A stretch of 61,409 nucleotides of DNA, the filler included, from Basidiobolus ranarum (Eukaryota), in NCBI GenBank assembly GCA_040143965.1. It is 7 parts of 7 records of this genome, joined end to end, with 100 filler letters (N's around TTAATTAATTAA, not from the genome) between each part and the next. Parts side by side here need not be neighbours in the genome. Positions count along the whole stretch, not along the records: positions 52,739 to 61,409 come from JASJQH010000941.1; 6 more parts are not named here. One strand, 5' to 3'. Below are positions 52,920 through 61,409 of this stretch, piece by piece. Position numbers and translations under genes: made by a program. Position 1 is the first letter of the stretch. Every line of letters begins with the position of its first letter. The notes below the pieces were generated by a model that saw only the letters and a program-made list of their open reading frames with translations, was not told where the DNA came from and made no database searches.

Positions 52920-53759
52920 ATGTTGCAATACGCATGCATGTATTGGTTAGTATTATTTCTTTCTGCTCATACCCAGGCTCAGCTTTATCCTAGTCAAACC
53001 TATATCATGAACAACTTTGAATCATCTTTCCTCTCTAACTTGAGCACCAGCCATTTCTGGGGTCAGCAAAACCGGCACTTTGTAGTAAGTGCATCTTCTA
53101 GTGGAATTAATACCCTAATGCAGGTGGTTTATCCTAAAGGTAGCCGTAACCCCAGTGGTCCAGTTTCCGGTGGATGTGGATTTGATCTGGTTCCAACTAA
53201 TACAGTCATCAAATCAAATGCTATACTCTCATTTCAATACCAAGTCTATTTCCCTCCTGACTTCAATTTTAATCTGGGTGGGAAACTTCCGGGTCTCTTT
53301 GGGGGCCATGCCAACTGTACTGGTGGAGATAAGGCAACCAACTGTTTCGACGCACGAATTATGTGGAGAAGGAATGGACAAGGAGAGGCGTATGTATATT
53401 TACCACGTCAAGCACAAGTTCCCAACTTTTGTACCACTCCCCCAGTTACCACATGTAATCCAGTTTATGGGATATCAATCGGTCGAGGTAGCTTCAAATT
53501 TTTAAAGAATCAATGGAATACTATACGAATGCTACTGAAGGCAAACTCTTCTCCAACTTCCCAAGATGGTTGGTTAAGAGTGGACTGGAACAATCAAATC
53601 GCTATAAATATGAAAAATTTGGCTTGGAGAACACAAGACAATGTGACTGGTACTGGTGTAGATTTCTCTACTTTCTATGGTGGTTCCAGCGATCCTTTCA
53701 ATGCACCAGAAACCACTTTTGCGCTCTTTAAGGGCGCGAGATTCGATATCTTCCAATAA
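52920..53759 (+). CDS. Secreted polysaccharide lyase family 14 (alginate/glucuronan lyase-like), intronless
   Basis: Signal-peptide-like N-terminus; YPKGS, FPPDFNFNLGGKLPGLFGG, ARIMWRRNGQGEAYVY, SIGRGSF, DGWL, FSTFYGGS. Confidence 0.9.
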   Translation: MLQYACMYWLVLFLSAHTQAQLYPSQTYIMNNFESSFLSNLSTSHFWGQQNRHFVVSASSSGINTLMQVVYPKGSRNPSGPVSGGCGFDLVPTNTVIKSNAILSFQYQVYFPPDFNFNLGGKLPGLFGGHANCTGGDKATNCFDARIMWRRNGQGEAYVYLPRQAQVPNFCTTPPVTTCNPVYGISIGRGSFKFLKNQWNTIRMLLKANSSPTSQDGWLRVDWNNQIAINMKNLAWRTQDNVTGTGVDFSTFYGGSSDPFNAPETTFALFKGARFDIFQ

Positions 53760-54143
53760 ACCAAAATCACCTGATAAACATTAAACCAAGAACGTAAATT
53801 TGTAGATTGAGAAAACTCAGATTCCATGCTGAAGTCTTCAATTTTTAGTATGAGCTTCAGAAGCAACTGATCCTAAAGTACCATAATTGAAAGAGAAGGA
53901 AGCTTTTCAACAGTATCAATCCAATATGCTTCTAGGGGCAACAGTTGATCAGAGTATACCTAGATTTCAAAGGGGTGCTTGCATATTATTACATCCCTTC
54001 GTTGGATTGCAACCAAACTTTTTAATATTCAGATGTACCCGATCCTCTTGTCCTTAAGCCATATAATCATACAATATGAACAATATTTTATTTTCTGCAT
54101 ATTGGTATCTTGTATCCGCAACGCTGATTACGTAGATTAAGCT

Positions 54144-55130
54144 CTAGCTACGATAAGTAACCTTGTTCAACAGATAAAGATGATCAACATACCCAAGATC
54201 AACAATTCTGTTGAATAACAAAGACATGCCAGTTAGTTGAAGGGGCACAAGATATGTAAGCTCCAGGCTAATGTAGTAATATACTTACCCTGTAAATAGC
54301 GCTTTGAAGTTGTTTATCTCCTCTACAGTCTTAGAAACAGCCTCTTGAATGATAGAAATCGAAGATACCTCCACAAGCCAAGTATTGGTTGGATCCAATA
54401 GATGCAGAGTAGAAAGGTCTTGGGGAGTTTCGAACTAGGGGAGAAGTTAATTACCGAAAGTCTTGTTTGAATACGGCTATGTGATCCTTACCTTGAAAAT
54501 CTGAGTCACCGTAATACGAAACAAATCTTTATATACAAAAGCATGTCCTTTCCGAACATATTCAAATCCGAAACTAGTGATAAGGTATTTATAAATGTAA
54601 ATCTAATGAAATCTAAAAATTGTTTAGTATACTTACGTATAGCCAAGATTACTCATGTATTTGAATGCATCTCCCTTCATGTTAACATATATCATTGGTC
54701 GAACTGTGACATTTCTTCCGGTTCGCGGCTCTGGATGTCCATATAAACAAAGTTGCCTTTATAGCAAAGTAATATCTTTGAGAAGACATCTCAGAGACTG
54801 CTACATAAGAAAAGTAATAATTACCAATTCCTCTTTAAAAGATCTACATTTTCAGAAATACTCGCGCGGAGTTTCAACATTACGTCTTCATTTCGAGCTG
54901 GGCCAATTGGGGTCTCGACTAGAAAAAAGAATTACTTTGACCGAAATCTAAGGCTTTGCAGTAATCTCAATATATTTACCTGTAGGAATGAAACCAATCT
55001 CATGTTCATATATTTCGGATTGGAAATCTTCACCCCCAGTTAGACCGATCAATCTTTCTATTAATTTTGGCTTGAGTTTGTCAGGTATCTGACCATGTAG
55101 ACTGCATTCATAGCTGGCAGAGGAAGACAT
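54144..55130 (-). CDS. MED18: Mediator subunit 18, multi-exon
   Basis: YECSLHGQI..LIERL, EHEIGF, WQLCLYGHPEP..VTVRP, LGY/..FEYVRKGHAF, WLVEV, VDL..VDH. Confidence 0.85.
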
Positions 55131-56004
55131 GACAACAATAAGCAGAAAAGCTAAAAGAGTAAGGTATCCTAGAATTAGTCAGTTTAGTTTATTCATGAAT
55201 TTTCTCGTTTCAATCATGTTTAAAAATATATTTTTGGTGAGGATAAATCAGCCAGAAATAGCATGTTCTGAGTTTTGGACACGTTCATCGAAATCAAAAA
55301 CAAATGTGGTAAACAAAAACCTCTTTACGTCGAATATCCATCATATTCAGTAGCGATACGGCATCCGAACAATTGGCCCCTCGTCAATCACACTCGAACG
55401 CCTATCGGGTAGTATTTGGTATTGTGACATACAGTAATAAGTACTGGTGAGCTTTTGAATTGGTTTAATTGATTGCCTTGAAATCTGATTTTAAGAAGGA
55501 TACGTGTGGGATATTCTAGCAACATAGGGATTTAGAAGAGGTACTACCAAAACATCAAAAACGAGGCAAAGAGTACATGATATGTTCGGCAATGCTTTGC
55601 AAAATGATAATCAAATTAATACGAATGATTAAGCGATTCTCCGTTTTAACTACTGCAACACATAAACACCTGACTAAGGAACCGGTTTTCTGCCATGTTT
55701 AGTTGGTACCTTAAGACCATGAAAATCCAATAACCCGCAGGAGGTGACTTCCACAAAAGCTCAGATCAGTGGTTTGCCTGCGACCAAGCAGGGTTTGCAA
55801 GGTGTTGCTGGAAAAACATTTAGTTCGCACTCTCAATTTCAGAAGCATCCATGCAAGTCATAACTAATCATTGGTTTATGGATCACATTACTGAGATTAT
55901 TTCAAGTCCAATCAATTTTCAATAAAACCTGGAAAATAGTTCAAGGCTGCAGTGACTACTTTTACTGTATCTCTTCTGTGTTCAATACAAATCCTCTTTG
56001 ATAT

Positions 56005-57662
56005 ATGCCTTTATTGCCAACCGATGTATTACGACAAATATTTGAATACCTTAGTGACGAGGATGAGTATTTCACTTTACATTCATGTACACTAGTGTGT
56101 CACCTCTGGCACCCTATAGCCAATCGCGCTTTGTGGCGAAAGCCGATAGTTGAGCAGGGCGGGGAGTATTCTTCGAAGATACATAATTTAATTTTGGCAA
56201 GTCCAACTCGTGAGTGTAACCTATTTTCTATTCTTCAATTGTGGAGTTGTATCGGCTAAAGACTATTCCCTTGCTAATGATGTTCTCTTGTTTCTTAGAT
56301 GCTCACTGGATTCAGGACTGGTCTTCGCGCATCTTACCACCATTTATTTTACTACAGCTTACTAAACTACGAAGTCTCCCAGAGGTTCCTGCTAGAATAC
56401 TACAGCCTTTAGTAGGTAATGGTATCCAAACCGATATCCGTGCTATCCGAAAGCTTAGCTCTAGAGGAAGTGAGCTCACGTTACTTGCCGGAATCTTGAA
56501 TTCCTGCCCTCATTTAGAACAAGTAGTATTTCGTATATTTGCTATAGACGGTGAAGAAAATACAGGTCATTTAAAAGGACTTGTGTCTATGACTCACCTT
56601 GTTCAACTAACAATAGAATTTGAGGATTTTGATGTCGGCAATTTTGGAGCAACGTTTATTGATTCAGTAACCAAGCTGACGCCGAACTTGAAACACATAA
56701 GCTTGAAAACGGGTGCATTTATTGGACATAGACTCGTGGGCATTTCCGAGCGGTGTCCACTGCTTCATAGTTTAAGTTTTGAGTATTGGCATGACCCTGA
56801 AGTGGAAATGATGCCAATATTTATCCAGGAGTTGGCTAGAGGACTGGGGCATCGGCTACGTCATTTCTCAGTCATTCAGCGAGGGGGATATGGGTCGTCA
56901 GGCATGTATCAAGCCGTCTGGCCATTGATGGACTCCTTGAAAACACTACATATATGGGGAGTTGGTCTTAACGAAGAGTCATTCAAAGCGCTTGCTACAG
57001 GCTTATCTCACTCTTTGTCACGTCTGACATTTTATCGAGCTCCTTCCTCAGATGGTTCAGATATGACCAACATAATTAGTACCACTGCCTGGGAAAATCT
57101 ATTTGCTGAGTGTGCCTCAAGCCTCGTCGAATTAAATTTGCTTGCTTTCCGACCCTTCCCGCCGACGGTATCTCGAGTAATAAGCGAGCAATATACAAAT
57201 TTGAAGAGCTTGAGCATTACTAGTGAGGGTGCAGACTTTGTTTGCCCTATTCTTCGTACATGTGGTCCACAACTAACAAATCTCGAACTAATGGGCTGTT
57301 CACTTGGTGTAGAGACTTTAAACACGGTATTTGAATACTGTCATTCACTAACCAAATTGATATTTATGCACCCAGAGATTGGTGGGAATCCACCGATGGT
57401 TAGACAACAAGGAATATCGAAGTTCTTGCAAAAGACTGGATCCAGACTCCAATCGTTGGTCATCACTGGCACTCTTATATCCAATCGTGTGCTCGATTTG
57501 ATACATGTTCATTGTAAAATATTAAAGCATTTAGACCTAGCACAGGTAATGCTGATCGACGAAAAGGCTGCAGTATCCGATTTTAAAGCTACTTTAAAAG
57601 ACTTGAAATGGATCAAAATCAATGGCAAAAGTATCCATCACGGCATCAAACTAACTGCCTAG
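56005..57662 (+). CDS. F-box / leucine-rich-repeat (RNI-like) protein, two exons
   Basis: LPTDVLRQIFEYL..LHSCTLVCHLW..LWR F-box; intron ~56210-56298 (GTGAGT..TAG); repeated CP.L..L.L / L..L.L units. Confidence 0.9.
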
Positions 57663-59459
57663 ACATTGCATGCCATTTTTCTACGAATAGCTGCGTGTCT
57701 AGAGCCAGATTCAGTGACCATCCTTCATTCATTCTACAGCCTCCTCCGTCTATTTTCACGAGAAATATATTGCGTCTCCGTTCTGAACACTGCTGTATCA
57801 GTCATCATTGGGCTAGGGGTGATTTGATACATCAGCACACACTCCGCTTAGATTTTAATCCAGAAAGTCCGCTTTTGAAGCCGCTCCAAGTTGACTGCTT
57901 TCGATCACAATGGTGACACGGATGCTTTGACTTTTAAGGCTTATACGTGTACCCGTTGTTTTACATGAGCCTAACACAGATGTGGATTGTGTCCGTTGAT
58001 TAAACCAAATCTGCGGATAGTGATTGGACAGTGTCAAGACCTCATATAGCTAATAGCGGCTACATCCATTTTGGCTCTTACCCTTCAAAGCACACTGCAC
58101 CACAACTAATTTCTTAGGTATATACTTCCACAGGTGTGCTTGTATGACCGGACCCGCTCAACAGGCTCGTGCAAATAAAGTAAAACTCCCATGGATATTG
58201 TAGATAGCACATTAGATGTAGCCTCTAACCTCGACTGAACATTCGAAAGTACATAGCTTTGATCAATAGATTATTTCATCTTTAGATGTAAACGATTGAA
58301 ATACAGAAGAATTAATCGATAAAACAATTCGATAGCCACTTTAAAACGTTCGTAAACAAAAAAGTGAAAGACCAACTGCTAATCATATGAGTCTTAAACG
58401 CTCTTGGTAGTCATATTTAACATAAACTAGATTTTAATGTCCGGAACAAAGTCTACATCCACTACTTCTAATGACCGCTTCAGCGCTTTTAAATCCTCTC
58501 TGATATCCACCAATGTTTGTCGAGTTTCCTATAAGAAAGATTAGTCACAATTGCAAGTGAATATTGACGAGATAGGAATGGTAGCGTGGGAAGAGAGAGA
58601 GCATTAACAAATGGTGATGTAGATATATTTGAGGCTCTAGCTAACCTGTATATGCTTTTGAGTTTTGTTGACACTACTTGAAAGCTGGTTAACGGAGTTT
58701 TCAACATATTGTATCTGACCATCGACCTGTGTACGTATACTTTTTACAAGATTATCGTTTGCGGTTCCTTAGAGAGTAAATGATTTAGACAGTGTAGTAG
58801 GAGAAAGTGATCTCTTGACTTAAATCTCTTCGAAGTATTGAGAGCTGATGATATTATCATATATACATATACCAAGAACACTTACTTAATTCGTGTTGCA
58901 TTATGAAAGCTCGACTTTTAGTAAATAAGAGTATAACATATACGTAATAACGAAGTTGAGAGAATGTGCGGTATGAACTTCAATTTTAGATCATTTCTTC
59001 CTTATTATCACGAAGATTGTAACAAAAATAGTTAGTTAATTTAAGCATCTTTAATAAACATTTTAAATAATATTTGATCAAAAATACATAGATGATTTTC
59101 AGTATCTATCAGTCTGAAGATACGAAATTGGGCGCGGGATATCTCTGTTTTTTGTACCTACGTTTACGTCAGATATACGCTAAGGGTCCGCTAAGAAAAC
59201 CGGAACCAGCCTTGTTCACCATATTTACTAGTTGATCTTGAATTGTTACATAGCATCCCTAGTTCAAATGAATGATTACAAATTACTCAAGATGGCTGGA
59301 TAACACGTGATTACATCATTTACAATTATGTAATTCCATCTGCTTTAAGCAATATTGATGGGGATCATCTGATTATGAGCTCACTACCACTCTATTACAT
59401 ACTCAAAAAGTTTCTCGTCTAAAGTAGAATAAACGTCCACTACCAAAGCAACTTGAAAT

Positions 59460-60831
59460 ATGGGTAGCCGAAACATCGAATTGTTGAAGGAGACCTTAAG
59501 TCACTTTCGTGCACCTATAAGATACGCTTTTGGATATGGAAGTGGAGTATTTCAGCAAGCTGGTTATGCAGCCAAGGTATAGTATTGATAGCACTACCGC
59601 GTTGTATATCCTTTGACTTGCTAAATTTCAACTTAATATACTCCAGGCAAAACCACAAACGGATTTCATATTCGCAGTAACTCATCCAGAACATTGGCAT
59701 TCTCTCAATTTGCAACAAAATCGTGGTCATTATTCAAGCCTGGGGTCTTTCGGTTCAGGACTTGTGGCAACTGTTCAAGAAAAGATTGGGTCTGGGGTTT
59801 ACTTTAACCCATATGTCAACATTGGAGGAATGGTTCGTTGAGCTTTAGCTTTGAATGCCTTGGAATATTGCTAATATTATCAAAGACAGTCAAGTATGGA
59901 GTAGTGTCTGTAGATACCCTGTGCAAAGATCTTTTACGATGGGATACACTTTATCTTGCAGGCCGTATGCATAAACCAGTAAGAGACAATCACTGTAAAG
60001 ATATCCTGCTTGATAATATTCTGACATTTAGCTCTACGTTCGTTCCCCCAATTAGATTCAAGTATTGAAAGATGATAGCCGCATTCGCGCAGCCAGCCAA
60101 GTCAACAATGCGAACGCGGTAAGAGTGGCTTTGCTAATGTTGCCAAAAGAGTTCACCGAGGAGGAGCTTTACATGAAAATCGCTGGGATTTCTTATATGG
60201 GTTCGTTACTTTAGTTTGATCCAATTGAATCATAAGCAATCTCTGACTTTGACCCATCGTAGGTGATTTCCGTATGACGGTTGGGGAAAATCCTCGCAAG
60301 ATTCATAATATCGTCGAAAAGCAAGTAGAGGAGTTTCATGACAAGTACCACGAATACATCGAAGGTCTCTCCAATTTGACTTTTGCTCGGGAGGGTGTAA
60401 TTCAGGTAGGAAGATGTGTTTGAGCTAGTTGGAATCCAAGCTTTTAATCCATCGTTCTTTTAATAGCAAGATGAGAATCCGAAGGTTCTCGCCTCGATGA
60501 TTCAAAAACTACCAGAGTCGTTTCTTAAGAAGGTGGTGACACAGTTTGATAGAGATAACAACACCAAGAACATTTCAGACGAGGTGGAGAAATACCAAGA
60601 GCTCTCCCAATCGCCATCCCTCTCTAGATATATTTCAGTCAGTAAGTATCAATCTCACCAATGCTTTAAGATCTCTGGACTCGATTAGTAACAGTATTTG
60701 GTCTTGTAGGTGTCAATCAAACAGTCAAAAAACCCGCAATGATGCAATCTCTTAAAGGTATCTTCACGGCTGGCCCCATCAAAAGTATCAAATACGCGGG
60801 CGAAAAACTGAGCAAGTCACGGATGAAGTAG
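59460..60831 (+). CDS. TAM41: Mitochondrial phosphatidate cytidylyltransferase Tam41, multi-exon
   Basis: FRAPIRYAFGYGSGVFQQ, DFIFAV..WHSLNL, GVYFNPYV, KYGVVS..DLLRWDTLYLAGRMHKP, ISYMGDFRM..GENPRKI.NIV, QSLKGIFTAG. Confidence 0.96.
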
Positions 60832-61104
60832 ACTGTATCTGCACTTGCATTTATCAAAAGCCAAACTAAACGGGATACAATCGATAGTTGTAATTACATA
60901 GAATGTGATTGGCATTAATATTATCTAATTAATAAAATGTTAATCTGTTTAATGCAAGGACAGACTCAATACCATTCCTAAATTCCATGAACCAATCATA
61001 TTTGTTACTGGCCTAATTCATCGATGAATCTCATTAAAATTAATCTATCACCTTGACAGCGGGTCTTCCTCTTCGTTCCTTATCGGATTGTTTGTTGTAG
61101 CAAG

Positions 61105-61409
61105 ATGGTAAGTTCAATCTATTGCATGTCCATCCATTATTGTTCGAAGCATCCATTCCTTGTGCTTGGTATTTACTGTCGTCAGGCTATGGTTTTGGCT
61201 TGGAATAACTTGATAAACGTCAAACGCACTTTATGTATTCTATTCTAACAGCCCCGTTCAATTTAAGGTCAACATTCCCAAAACCAGAAACACTTACTGC
61301 AAGGGCAAAGCCTGCAAAAAACATACCACCCACAAGGTTACTCAGTACAAGAATGGTAAGGCCTCCCTCTTTGCCCAATGTAAGCGTCGTTACGACCGTA
61401 AGCAATCTG
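61105..61409 (+). CDS. RPL42: 60S ribosomal protein eL42 (L44/L36a), 5' part (cut by window end)
   Basis: ATG 61105, intron 61108-61267, [45 protein letters not shown]. Confidence 0.95.

Noticed and set aside
1..61409. CRISPR arrays, tRNA/rRNA genes, selenoprotein or recoded TGA codons
   Set aside because: No repeat-spacer arrays or tRNA/rRNA signatures seen by eye; in-frame TGAs were noticed only in decayed transposons

Overview
Eukaryotic, intron-rich fungal DNA, most consistent with an early-diverging (non-Dikarya) fungus; this is inferred from the gene set (Slo-type K+ channel, class II DAHP synthase) and short GT-AG introns. The window is not one locus. It is seven contigs of monotonically decreasing length (8711, 8701, 8689, 8683, 8678, 8676, 8671 bp) joined by identical 100-nt N/TTAATTAATTAA/N spacers, so adjacency across spacers is meaningless. 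Recognisable genes: VAC8, RPL43, an EDE1/Eps15-like EH-UBA protein, a long coiled-coil protein, 5' parts of SEC21 and RPP0, a Slo/BK-family K+ channel, a PSR1/SCP-type phosphatase, RPL18, a 3'-truncated class II DAHP synthase, a secreted PL14 lyase, MED18, an F-box/LRR protein, TAM41 and the 5' part of RPL42. Between them lie CpG-poor decayed transposons: CACTA, Gypsy, Copia, LINE, a four-copy solo-LTR family and a possible chromodomain/tyrosine-recombinase element. I found no clearly novel multi-gene system. The best leads are the Slo channel, the TE-truncated DAHP synthase, the possible chromo-YR element, the intronless PL14 and an unannotated multi-exon gene at the window start. Exon boundaries were read by eye and are approximate.
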